From the NCBI GenBank assembly GCA_964016885.1, contig OZ024742.1:152582001-152646000 (forward strand): DNA of 64,000 nucleotides, read 5' to 3'. The position numbers were made by a program, and so were the translations under genes. The notes under the pieces were generated by a model, which made no database searches, was not told where the DNA came from, and was given only the letters and a program-made list of their open reading frames with translations. Within the stretch, counting starts at the first letter, position 1. Each line of letters starts with the position of its first letter. Shown in pieces: positions 14,100-28,131 of this stretch. Source of the DNA: Eledone cirrhosa (taxonomy: Eukaryota).

Positions 14100-15850
14100 A
14101 GTAGAAGGTTATAATGATAAATTTATCTAACATTAAGAAAGAGGAAAAGAAGAAGAATTTCTCCCCAAATGGAGGGAACTCACGCCAAAGGCAATGTCTT
14201 CGAGTTCTTTCCTGACAGCCAAAAGCCGCATAATTATAGTGGGCGTGGTATTTACCCACATACTTTTTGTCCCCATTACCCATCTTTCATAAATTGTACT
14301 GAGGCGAGAATCACACTCTAACTTAAATTTCTGGTCATATGTTATTTTTAGAGGAGGATCAAAGACTGTTCTGTGACGCAAAGATCCTTCCTCAAACATT
14401 TCGGCGGCATCCATCCTTCACCATAGCTTTTTATGTGGTTAGATTTTATTCAATTAAACCCCCAAATCATCAATGCCCATACGTTGGAGGAACACATGAC
14501 GGATAGTTTCGTTACTCGTGCAGTGTCTTAAACAAGGTCGGTTACTCTCAACTCCACCATGGCTATACTTTTAGAATATATCCCAAACAAGCAATGAAAT
14601 GAAGCATTACCTAATTGAGGGCTTCTAAGATTTATCTGTTATTCCTGACTTGAAATACCCCAGAAGAAACTATTCTGGTTCTTAACGTCGACCCTCAAGA
14701 TACTACTAAATAATACAGTGAGGGGAAATATAGTCTTTTGTAATATGAATGATAATATCGTACTAAATAACGATAGATCGATGGCCAATGGTTTCATTGT
14801 TACAAAAGTCTTAAGTAATTGTACTCTTGTAGCTCTTAATCTCTGAATATTATGACAATTAGATACAATGAATCAGTTGTTGTCACAACCAGGGACACTC
14901 ACATGCAATTCAGTGGATACATTGATGGATTAACTATATAGATAAGGCGCGGGAACATCCCAGGGGAGAGCAATACTAGCATCTACACATATGTTAGAAT
15001 ATTCCCACAGAAATATTTCTTCACATGGAACAGAAAGCTAGGCTATGAAATTTTTTCTTAGCCTTGGTAAATTTGTTTACCTCGAATATTCTTGTAACTT
15101 GAAAACTGTTATGTATGCTCTAGACAATATGCTAATTTCATTTCTTATTTTAATGGGAACTCTTCCTTTACTTCTCAAAGGTGGACTAATAAGTATAATC
15201 ATTTCTTTATTTTGTCACAAATTCAACTGAAGATGGAAAATGACAATCTGGTTAGTGTATGCATCCAATAGAGTATGAAATAACATACATTATAACTGTT
15301 TTCAATAAATTATACTTAAAAGTAAGACTTGTAAGACATTAGCTTGGAGTCAACCAAGTATGTAAGGCCACAAAACCAGATTATCTTTTTTGTCAAGTAA
15401 AACTCTTCTCCTCCCACATTTTTGTCAGTATTAATTCGGGATATAGCTTGCACCTCTGGCCCATTTTTCTGATAATTTAACGACGTAGTGCATCTCCATC
15501 TTCCCATTGACCATTCCCAGCAAGTATTAATTGGAGATGTGTAAAAGGATGGATCACAGAGAAAGTTGTGCTCTCTCAATCTAGACCAACCTATACTGAT
15601 TTCCCTATTGGACGTCCGATTAAATACTCAGACTGTGTAGTCATATGTCTCAAATATATGCGGGATTAACGTCTACTTTTGCACCTACTAGAATATTAGA
15701 ACATCGCCATTGTGTTTAAATCGAACATTACCTTCGATCTACTACTAAACAATGGTCGTGTGCAAATTCTAGAATCCAATTGATGGTGATCACATCTAAG
15801 TTTATTCACACACTACTAGCCAAGCTATTCAACTATTTGTATTCTCTCTG
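14100..15850 (-). mobile_element. Highly decayed L1/Tx1-like LINE remnant
   Basis: Scattered minus-strand motifs in the expected order: INLD, SDVQ*G, AISRINTDKNVG, and HCTSNETIRHVFLQ (zinc-knuckle-like). Many stops. Confidence 0.4.
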
Positions 15851-16244
15851 TAGGTTCTATGAGAAAGCACGGATAGAGACATAAACATGTGAGCGTACTA
15901 AATATTAACAAGTCTTTCATGGACTCAAAGTAGTTTTCACACGAAATCGTGCTTACTACCATAACGAATGCACTTAGAAATCATTCTAGTATATGGTCCC
16001 ATACATCTCAGAATATGAGTTTGTTTCATATATTATTAAAGGTCGAAGGTTTGATTAATATAATCGATATATTCATTTTAAAATATTTTACTCCCATCCA
16101 TAGATTATAAATAATCTCAGTTACTGAAGACCTTGTGCCTAAACCTATTACACACACACACACATACACACACACACACATATATGTATATATATATGTG
16201 TATATATATATATATCTGTATATATATATATATGTGTATATATA

Positions 16245-16313
<69 letters not shown>

Positions 16314-16334
16314 ATATATATATATATATATGTG

Positions 16335-16365
<31 letters not shown>

Positions 16366-16396
16366 CTAATATTCTAGTAATATGTATATATATATA

Positions 16397-18062
16397 TTAT
16401 GAAAATAAAACAAAGAAGCCTTCAATACATCAAAAGTCTTTATTAGCCAACAATGTTTCGTCCTATTAACGACTCATCAGAGCAATTAAAACTACAAGAA
16501 GTACTATCGGCCAGTACAAGCCGAAAACTATGGAGTGTACATACACTAAAGTATTGGAAGATTATGGGTAAAAATATATAATAAAAATCACTAAGGAGGT
16601 GGATAACATTTTGAACCATATTACAAATATAGTCCAAAGCAAAAAAAACTAGAGCTAAACAAAAGTGGTTATATAGAGCGGGAATTATAGTACTATATGT
16701 AATACAATATAATCTAATCTAATATACTTGTAACAATATTAAAATTAAAATTAAAATTAAAAGGCACAATATACATATGTATATATATACACACACGTAC
16801 GCACGTATACTTATACATTAATACACATTTCCATCATTAACAGCACAAATTAAACTTTATTAAGAGTTTAAATATAAATGAGCATAATAGGAATAAAAAT
16901 AAAAATACAAAATAATACGTATATATAATATACAGTATAACATGAAGTAATGAAATGATTAAAAGTAAAACATATAATATATAATAGACTATATAATTAT
17001 ATAATATATAATATAATATAATAGATAATCTCCGGTTAATTTACACAAGCAATATAGATGTCACAATAACACTATAATAATATAATAATATATAATGGCA
17101 GGTAAGTTAACAAATCAATTCATATAGAGTTAGAGAGCAGGTGAGAAAAAAAAAATATATTGTACAATACCAAAATCAAAATTATGATGGTACAAATATA
17201 TAAACATCTTACGGAATATATAAAATATAACATATCATAATGGTGCATAAAATCATCGGTAAGTAACAAAGATCAATATTACATTTACAAATAGTTGAAT
17301 AACAACTTCAATATAAATAATGAACATAATATAATATATAATTACTTATTATTACAAGGTTGGTGAGCAGACACATATGTGAATGAGTGAATAAGGGCCA
17401 GGCAGAAAATATTATGCACAGTAGTATTAACAAATAAATAAATAAAATCGACCGGAAATCAAAAAACAAAAACAAATGTATTTACTTAGGTCTCACATGC
17501 AGTTAAGTAAAAACTTAGGAAACAACCCGGATAAATGACTAGAAAACCCTATTTGATAAATAAATATTGAAAATATTGAAAATACTTAATAAGGCAATAC
17601 AATATTAGCTATGGTTTAAGTAATCAAAATTCCTAAACATTAAGATATTAACTATAAATATATATAGAAAGGAATGAAATATTCTACTATCATTTACATA
17701 ACGTTATCTAATAAACTGATTTAAGCAGAATTATGGTAGGCTAATGTGGACAGAAACAAAGAAATGTATGTAGGATACAAAGGAGCATAAAATCATAATC
17801 AATATACTGTATTATATAATAGAAAGGAGCATAAAAAGGGGATTAAATATAATCATCATATATTTGAAGGGGTTAGCAATAAGTTTATGTGTACTGGCCG
17901 ATATTTTTTGTTGGCTAATAAAGACTTTTGATGTATTGAAGGCTTCTTTGTTATATTTTCATAATTCTTCGGCTCTGTTTAATTACATTGAGCTTTACCT
18001 ATTACTGTCATTTCTATAATTCGAAGAGGGTGTTTAACTCCAACACGCTCCAATATTTTAAT

Positions 18063-18065
<3 letters not shown>
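16397..18065. mobile_element. Fold-back Penelope-like non-autonomous element with hammerhead, in a (TA)n tract
   Basis: Inverted repeat of about 55 bp at 16397-16451/17909-17964, plus TATCGGCCAGTACA/TGTACTGGCCGATA. Unpaired tail 17965-18065, very AT-rich interior, TA tracts on both sides. Confidence 0.75.
16443..16487 (-). ncRNA. Minimal type I hammerhead ribozyme
   Basis: Minus strand reads TTGCT-CTGATGA-GTCgttaatagGAC-GAAA-CAtTG-TT-GGCTAA. Confidence 0.7.
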
Positions 18066-18120
<55 letters not shown>

Positions 18121-18173
18121 CTAGTAGTATGTGTGTGTATATATATATATGTGTGTGTATATATATATATATA

Positions 18174-18218
<45 letters not shown>

Positions 18219-18225
18219 ATATATA

Positions 18226-18314
<89 letters not shown>

Positions 18315-18341
18315 ATATATATATGTGTATATATATATATA

Positions 18342-18375
<34 letters not shown>

Positions 18376-18376
18376 C

Positions 18377-18942
18377 ATGTCAGTTCACCAGTTGGTGCTA
18401 CTGGTAACATGTATCCCAGTACAACCCGCCTCATGGTCGGGTCGTTGGCGACTAAACTGGCAACCCCTCCAAGGTTTCTTGGTGATGAGGGTGACATTGG
18501 TCATCCTGCAGGACTAAAAACAAAACCTGCCAAAGGGCAAAGGAGCTCTTAAGAGTTAATGACCATCCAAAATCACCGGGAGAGATGACCCCCTTAGCCT
18601 TTGTCAAGGCAGAATTCTAGAGAAGGAAAACTCTGATATAACACCTGCAAACCTGATGGTGTCCAATGATGTTGACCTGTTCTTCCTTTTGGTAAATATC
18701 ATCTTGGTTAAGAGATTGGGACTGGCTTTGTGCAGTGCCTTTGCTCACTATAAAAGCTTCAAGGCACAGGCATTGCTTTATATCTGGAGATCGCTCTGCA
18801 ATTGTGGTCACATGGTACCAGGGTACCAGGGTTTTCAAGTCGCTGGCTTGACTAAAAAGTCACACTTCTTCAGCGCATCGGTAGGGGTTCTCCTACACGG
18901 ATATAAAGTAGTGGCCGTACTCAAAAACGAGTTGGCAGCCAC

Positions 18943-18945
<3 letters not shown>
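18377..18945 (+). mobile_element. Structured non-autonomous retroelement (SINE-like, RTE 5'UTR-like), copy 1
   Basis: Shares TACTGGTAACATGTA(A/T)CCCAGTACAAC, GGGTCG(T/C)GG(C/T)GACTAAAC, TCTAG(G)AGA(A)GG(A)AAACTC, GATG(A/G)TGTTGA and a 3' TACTC-N6-GAG...GCCA(C/T)CAT end with 56214-56734, 59852-60080 and 62601-63110. Flanked by (TA)n. Confidence 0.8.
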
Positions 18946-18985
<40 letters not shown>

Positions 18986-19114
18986 GTCTATATATATATA
19001 TATATAAACGGAAAAAATGAAACGAAATTTCATTTCTCACTCTTAGTACGACTGTTACTTAAATATAAGTGTCTATCAACCATCGTTCCTCATTTGTTCA
19101 ACACTGACAAAGGA

Positions 19115-19157
19115 ACGCTGTACTAGTTTCAAGCTTATTAGCTATCGTCAGCAACGT
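19115..19157 (-). ncRNA. Minimal type I hammerhead ribozyme, unit 1
   Basis: ACGTTG-CTGACGA-T-AGCTaataAGCT-T-GAAA-CtaG-TA-CAGCGT: 6-bp stem I and palindromic ACTAGT stem III. Confidence 0.85.
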
Positions 19158-19544
19158 ATACCTTCCAGGCAGATGATTGAACGTCTGAAAGTATATATTT
19201 CCTTATGCATATTAACGGTTGAGCAGCCTAATTTGCATATCGAGTGAGTTAATCGGCCAGGGCACCGAAAACAATAAACGAAAAAAATGAAACGAAATTT
19301 CCTTTCTCACTTTTAGTACGGCTGTTACTTAAATATAAGTATGTATACGTAGATACATATATGTATACAGACGCACAGTAGTATGTATATATATATACAT
19401 ACAGGCACACATATATATATATGTACGTATAGATTCACCGAACATTTATTATAATGCTCGGTGTGTTTGTAAACAAACATCCCGAATTAAGCCGTACAGT
19501 GTCTAGCAACCATCGTTCCTCATTTGTTCAACACTGACAAAGGA

Positions 19545-19587
19545 ACGCTGTACTAGTTTCAAGCTTATTAGCTATCGTCAGCAACGT
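19545..19587 (-). ncRNA. Minimal type I hammerhead ribozyme, unit 2
   Basis: Identical to 19115-19157, 430 bp away. Confidence 0.85.
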
Positions 19588-20166
19588 ATACCTTCCTGCC
19601 AGATGATTGAACGTCTGAAAGTATATATTTCCTTATGCATATTAACGGTTGAGCAGCCTAATTTGCATATCGAGTGAGTTAATCGGCCAGGGCACCGAAA
19701 ACGATAAACGAAAAAAATGAAACGAAATTTCCTTTCTCACTTTTAGTACGCCTGTTACTTAAATATAAGTATGTATACGTACATACATATATGTATACAG
19801 ACGCACAGTAGTATGTATATATATATACATACAGGCACACATATATATATGTACGTTTGGATTCACCGAATCCATACGTACTTGAAACTAGTACAGCTTG
19901 AAACTAGTAGAGCGTTTCTTTGTCAGTGTTGAACAAATGAGCAACAATGGTTGCTAGACACAGTACGCCTTAATTCGGGATGTTTGTTTACAAACACACC
20001 GAGCATTATAATAAATATTCGGTGAATCCATACGTATATATATATATGTGTGCATGTATGTATATATATATACATACTACTGTGCGTCTGTATATATATA
20101 TGTATATACGTATACATACTTATATATATATATATAAGAACAAAAGATGGTTAACAGAATTACATG

Positions 20167-20237
20167 TATTTTATTATGCGCATTTCAAAAACAAATATCA
20201 TCATGCAATAATATTTGTGTTTTCATCAGATAAAATA
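20167..20237 (-). ncRNA. Type I hammerhead ribozyme with long stem II
   Basis: TATTTTAT-CTGATGA-AAACACAAATATTATTgcaTGATGATATTTGTTTTT-GAAA-TGcgCA-TA-ATAAAATA: perfect 8-bp stem I and palindromic ATGCGCAT stem III. Confidence 0.9.
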
Positions 20238-21144
20238 GGAAGACATGATATGAAGGTTAAAAAACACTTGTGGATAGTGCAGTTTTAAATCAACATATGA
20301 AAAGTAGTTTTAGATTGATGTGTGATATTGGGAAAAACATTTTTTTTTTGAGGGGTGGGTGGGTTGAAAGGATGAAAAAGAGGAGGAGATGAGAGTAAAA
20401 GATGGAGAGGGAGGTGTATAATGAGGAAGGATGAGATAGGAGGAGAGATGGGTGATAGAGAGAGAGAGAGATAGCTTTTATAACTGAGAAAAATATATTG
20501 TTTTACATACAGAGGTTGAAAAACCGTTGGAAGATAGTGTATAAATTAAAAGAATTTGAAAATTAACGAAGAGAAAAATAATGTAAAGTTAAGGTTTGTA
20601 TATTAAAGGGTTTAATAATATGTGCGATGAAAAGAAAATGTTAATATGTATTAAGACTAATATTTAAGGGTTTAATAATATGTGCGATGGAAAGAAAATG
20701 TTGATATGTATTATTAAAAAGAACAACAAGTAATGTAAGTAAGGATATATTGTGAGATGAGCATGAGTAAGTTAGATGAAAGGGAGAAAAAAATAATGAA
20801 TTGAGGATGAATAATCTAACGTCAAAAAATGTTTATGTTTACGAAGGATTTTTGCAAGGTAATATGAAGTAAGAATGTATTGTATTGTGTAATAATTGTT
20901 TCTATGTTAGGCAACAGTGAGAAAAGGTACAGATTAGGGGTTAGACATTAAAAGAAAAAGAGAAGAAAGGGAAAATGAAGAAAGGGAAGTGATACATAGG
21001 AGTGATATAGAATGAGTAACAAGTATTATATAATGTATAATAAATAACTTTGAAATAAGGTAGAAAGATGGGTATATTTTTAAAGAAGTATATATATATA
21101 TGTGGCTTTGAGAAAAAGATTCTAAATTGATAAAGTTTTGGATA

Positions 21145-21474
21145 TTAGCTGTATACTTTGTGGAATGTTTTGTGGAATTTATGCAAGCAGAGAGAAAACA
21201 AGTCAGTGCGTCTATTTATTATAGAATCTAAATTAGATATAATGGTAAATTTTTCATTTAGACAGAGATTGCAAATCTTGGATAGAGAACTGTTCAAGTA
21301 TGTAGACGCAGAAGAAACCTTTTTCCAAAAGATGCTATATTTAATATTTTTGTCTTTCAAGGACCATATGAGTTTTGAGAGAGCCGTGTTGGTTCTTTTA
21401 AGTTTGTATTTAAAAGCCGAATGATGGTTATAAAGACGAGCTTTAAAGGAGGTGGAAGATAGCCAGATTCTCAC
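21145..21474 (-). pseudogene. C-terminal half of a Penelope-like GIY-YIG endonuclease
   Basis: STSFKARLYNHHSAFK...NTALSKLIWSLKD...YSIFWK...CNLCLNEKFTII...INRRTDLFSLCLH, typical of PLE endonucleases with a C-terminal CxxC...CxH. Confidence 0.85.
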
Positions 21475-21921
21475 CGATTAATATGCCAAAAAGGGAATTT
21501 AAAAGCAGGCTAGTTTACAATCATGCGTGATTATGAAAATAAAACGCACAGGTGGAAAAACAGGGCTGGTGACGTCAGAATGAGACGAATGTTTGTTTAC
21601 ATGAAACAACAGTCAAAAACATTCCGAAAAAAAACTCTACAATAAGGAGTTCAGCAAAAGGCAATATGATCGCGGTTTTTTTTTTTTAAATACCGGGTTT
21701 AGGCACAAATAATTTAAGCACTCTAGGTAAGAAATCCGAGTATAAATATATAAATGAGAGGTATAGAAAGTATTGTAGCAAGAAGCCAACAGTATTCCAT
21801 AATATATAAGTGACTATAACGTCATATGTTATATATATATATACATATATATATACATATACATATATATATACATATATATATACATATATATACATAT
21901 ATATATACATATATATGGATA

Positions 21922-22080
21922 TAGAAGTAGTTTCACCACAGTTAGTTCACCATACTGAGAACAAATGTTTCACCTTATTCGGTATGGTGATCTAACTGTT
22001 GTGGAACTATTTCTACCAAACTCGTCCTATTGACTGAGTGCTCTCCCACTACGGATATAACCCACCAGTATTCTACTATC
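21922..22080. mobile_element. Miniature fold-back element with tail in a (TA)n tract
   Basis: Imperfect inverted repeat of about 34 bp at 21922-21955/21982-22015, then a tail of about 65 nt, then (TA)n. Confidence 0.65.
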
Positions 22081-22092
22081 ATATATATACAC

Positions 22093-22189
<97 letters not shown>

Positions 22190-22200
22190 TATATATATAG

Positions 22201-22481
<281 letters not shown>

Positions 22482-22489
22482 GTGTAGGG

Positions 22490-23060
22490 AGACACAAAGC
22501 AGGCTTTATTTACAAACGGTTAGCGAATTTGAAAATTAGGTAGTAACATTTGCTTACGCCGTCCTTGACTTAATAGAATTAGTCTTTTAGTTGGGATTTT
22601 CAAAAGACCCTCCGAATGGAAAAAAAGGATGAATATTGACGTACATGGGACACTAACCCACATCTTTGGTTTGTTTTACCGTTACACCAACAGCCACCCA
22701 TGCTTCCTTCCATTCAATTAGAAGCTACACAACCATAGAAGGAATATATATGTATCTAAAAAGGAAGATATAAAACAAGCCTTGTTTAAAAACGGCTAGC
22801 AAATTTGAAAATTAGGTAGTGAGATGTGCTTACGCCGTATTTGACTAAATAAAATTAGTATCTTAGTTGGGATTTTAAAGAAAGCCCTCTGAATTGTAAA
22901 ACATAAAAGATGAGTATTGACGTACATGGGGAACGAACCCATATCTTTGGTTTGCCGGACCAGCGTTTTACCATTACACAAATACGTTACCGATGCTTCC
23001 TTCTCTTCAATTAGAAGCTAAATATCTATAGCAGGTTTATATATGCATAAAAATAGGAAA
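22490..23060 (-). repeat. Tandem duplication (period about 280 bp) containing a tRNA-like SINE head
   Basis: AATTTGAAAATTAGGTAGT...GCTTACGCCGT...TTAGTTGGGATTTT...TATTGACGTACATGGG occurs twice. The minus strand has A-box-like TGTAATGGTAAAACG and B-box-like GGTTCGTTCCCC. Confidence 0.75.
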
Positions 23061-23456
23061 TTAAGAATTTTCAAATGTGCAATATATATATATGTATATA
23101 TACAGATACAAAGAGGGAGAGTTGTATACGTATGTATGTATGTGTATATCTCTCGTCATCCCTCTTTTGCTCAGTATATATTTATATATATATATACAGT
23201 ATTTCACCACGATTTTGATTTCGTTCAACATAAATAAGTTGATTCTTTTTGTGTATTTTAATATGGTCGATCAACTGGAAAAGAACAGTGCTACTATTGC
23301 TATATATTTGTATAAAATGTCATAATAAAATGTCATAATAAAATGTCTTCCGGTGGAAAGGTCTTGAACTAAAAACATTGAGGCAATGTATAATGAGGAT
23401 AATTCTTTATTTATGCTACAATATATTCTATATACACACACGCACACACACACACG

Positions 23457-23608
<152 letters not shown>

Positions 23609-23630
23609 GTGTGGGAGAGAATAGGTGAAG

Positions 23631-24915
<1,285 letters not shown>

Positions 24916-25634
24916 CTATTTAATGTAAATTATAACATATTCCATTAGTTGCAAGAATTTAGTAGGTGTTTTTCCGTCTGAAAATATGGGTTACTATAAT
25001 CACGTATCAAGCGCCATTGATTGACAATACGTGGAACGGAGAGCCAGAGATATTTGTTAGATAATTCGACAAAGTTCTAATCCTTGATATTCCTGTTTTA
25101 TGCGGTTTGTTTTCTATCACCAGAACGAAGGAATACTTCAGTACTTCACGAGAAGTAGCATCATGAATGATTGATCACTTAAATTAGTGTAAATAGATGT
25201 ACACACATAGGTGGCGTTTCTACATGGCGTAACTCAGTGAATATCCTATTGTTAATCCTAACCAACCAGATTTATGATAAGATGCATTTTAATCGTGAGT
25301 ATCCTGTCTTTTTTATTATTCGTAAATAATTGTCTTTATTCCATGTTATAAAATAAAATTACAGACAATAAATCAATTCGCAGCTGTATAAATAACATTA
25401 TAAATATTGATGGGAATATTATAGTAAAAGAATATAAATAAAAGAAAAAGGATAGAATCAAAACCAAGTAACGATCAGAGGTCGAGGGGTAATGAAGAGC
25501 AGATCTGTCTTAATAGGAAAGTGGGAGAAAGGACTATAAATTCCATAAATGAGAGGGAAATGAGTTGAAAATACAAGGACTATGAGACACGAAAGAAAGG
25601 GGGGAGGGAGAGATTAATAGGCTCTATGACAGGG

Positions 25635-26000
25635 GGTGGTAAGGCTCTCGCTCTGCGGACAAAACTGCAAAGGCATATCTGCGGACAATGGCCAGCGACA
25701 CTCGCTTAAACAGCCATACCACCTCACGGTGTTCCTTCCTCAGATGGGTTAGTGACGATCTGATTTTACGAAGGAGCTTGGCAGTAAGGGCAAAAGGCCC
25801 CTGACTTCACGACGGCTATCGGTGCGAAGAGGAAGCGGCCGAATAAGACCCGGTATTTGCTTGTTTTTCTGTCCTTTACATTGCAGACCGCAGTACCTGG
25901 GTTTGTAGCCGAAGCGACTATGCTGGAGGTGAAGAACGTGTCGCAGCATTTGGTCTCCCAGATCAGGGATATACCTTCTTTGAATGGCACGAGGCTAATT
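25635..26000 (-). mobile_element. CRE-clade non-LTR retrotransposon 3' fragment (restriction-like endonuclease region)
   Basis: SLVPFKEGISLIWETKCCDTF...TNPGTAV...DRKTSKYRVL..FLFAPIAVVKSGAF, then after a frameshift EHREVVWLFKRVSLAIVRRYAFAVL, matching the CRE-type motif R.S.AI.RGNA. Confidence 0.75.
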
Positions 26001-28091
26001 CTGATAAAACTAATATAACAATGAAACATATATAATAATGAAATATAAGATACGAAGCCAAAGCAAATGCTGAGACAACGTTCTATCATTTCAAAATAAA
26101 TATATTGCGAAGTAAGTTTAAAACATTGAAAAACTTTTTTAAATCATTTAAGAACATTCATAATATTTCTAAAAAAATGTTCAAATTTATAAATTAATGA
26201 AATGTTATAAATAATTTGATTTCTTTTCGTTGCTGTACGTGAACAGTATTTCCTTAATGTCTTGAAAGTTATAATTGCAATACCATGACTGTCATGACAA
26301 CGGAAATGACAAATACGTGAATCTCAGTTTAAAGATGGATAAAAAATATAGAATATGAGTTGACCGAAATGAATGAAAATTAGAGTGAGTGAACAATGGA
26401 TTTGAGCAAATTTGGTGGTAAATACAAAGTAAATTATTATCAAAATACTAACATAGGAATGGTAAAGAATCTACAACAATTTCAGATTGGTACAGATATT
26501 TGTTTACGTTTTAAATACGTATATAGGTATACGTGTATTATCTTTGTTATATATATTTAATGAGTTATATTTCAAGTATAATGAAATCACACTGCTGAAT
26601 TTATACGTAGAACAGTTTAGAAACCCTTTAATTATTACTAAATGAATTTTATTACTAAATGAATTTTATTACTAAATGATTTTTATTTAGCTGCTAAAGA
26701 GTAATCCATCACATACATGAGTGTATGTGCATGATTCAGGTCTGAACACAAAAGGACCAGACTTCCACTGTCAGTTCCAGTCAGATGCACACGCAGGCGT
26801 GACTAATGTTCTATTTAGGTTATCAGACATAAGCATGGGGCTACTTTGAGTGCATATTTAAGAGAAATAACTGTCGACACTCTTATACACAGGAGCAGAA
26901 CACTGTTTTGAAAACCACCTGTAAAGAACAGAACCTCGAATTGTTAGGTATAGGCCTGAAACCCTTCTCAAATTACCATTGTTTATCATTAAGAAGGAAT
27001 GTAATAAATTGAGTAGGCTGAAAGTAAAAGCCCTGAAAGATTTTGATCTCAGCAGATTTTCTCATATCGTAGGACAGCACAATGATAATTTCCTCGAAAT
27101 AATAAACAAGAGAAAATCAATGGGATTCCAGTAAAAAGTAAGACTAATTTGTTACATTCCAGCACTACAATTAAATATTCCAATATAGATAGCATTTCTT
27201 TTTCAGTGTTTGTAACACCTCCATACTAAGCTATTTTCACAATACATACACAACGAGAAGACCAAGTTTTCAAATTGTGTGCAAAACCAATCAGTTATTG
27301 AATTCACCAAACACGATTTTGTCCTGGGGTTGTAATTCATAAGCAGGACAAATATTTTTTGTTGGATGGTTATCAACATGATAGATATAACAAACTATAT
27401 GCGTTGGAAAATATACCCGAGGCTTTGACATCTTGTTCGCCCAGCAAATATATTTCTCTTTCCACTTGCTGGGCTATGTTTTATTCACTTCACTGAACAG
27501 CAATTGGAAGGAAATCAATAGTCTACATCAATACGTGAAGGTGCCAGTGTGTGTGTCTGTGTGTAGCTATGTCACATAATATGTATGTGTGTATGAACGA
27601 CGTATGGATGTATATATGTATGAAACTATGTATTAATGTATGTGTATGTTTGTATGTATAAATGTATGTATGTGTATGCATCTGTATGTGCGCATGTGTG
27701 TATGTATATATGTATGTATCTGTATGCATCTGTGTATGTGTGTCGCATCTATGTACATATGTGTGTATGTATGCATATGATTTATGATTGCTTCATAGAC
27801 TAACTATAATTGACACAGAAAGACGGATAACAGATTGTCATACAAACACACACACACATTCTCTCTCTTTTTCACTTTCTATTCTATCTTGCTATATATA
27901 TTTATTGGTATGTGCCTATATATTTATGTAAGTCAAATTGTCTAAGTTGTTATGCCAGTGCGTGTGGAGGTTATCGACATTTCGGACAACGTCTTTATAT
28001 ATATATATATGTGTATGTGTAAGTATATAACACCTGTGCGTGTAAACATACATACACACACATGTATATATATATGTGTGTGTGTGAGTAT

Positions 28092-28131
<40 letters not shown>

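Larger units (their letters stand above)
19008..20120 (-). mobile_element. Tandem 430-bp hammerhead-containing units (retrozyme-like) plus inverted terminal copy
   Basis: Near-identical units 430 bp apart (e.g. 19081 vs 19511). Orientation flips at about 19870-19880 and the plus copy begins at the GAAACTAGTA half of the ribozyme. Bounded by (TA)n. Confidence 0.85.
20137..21830 (-). mobile_element. Penelope-like element remnant: GIY-YIG C-terminus, long purine-skewed 3' region, hammerhead
   Basis: Endonuclease-like ORF at 21145-21474 and hammerhead at 20167-20237, both on the minus strand. Flanked by TA tracts. Confidence 0.8.

Noticed and set aside
21560-21600. CTGGTGA-C-GTC...GAC-GAAT hammerhead-like string
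   Set aside because: Two core mismatches and no convincing stem I or III.
22915-22985. Possible functional tRNA gene
   Set aside because: A/B boxes are present but I could not build a complete cloverleaf, so it is treated as a SINE head or pseudogene.
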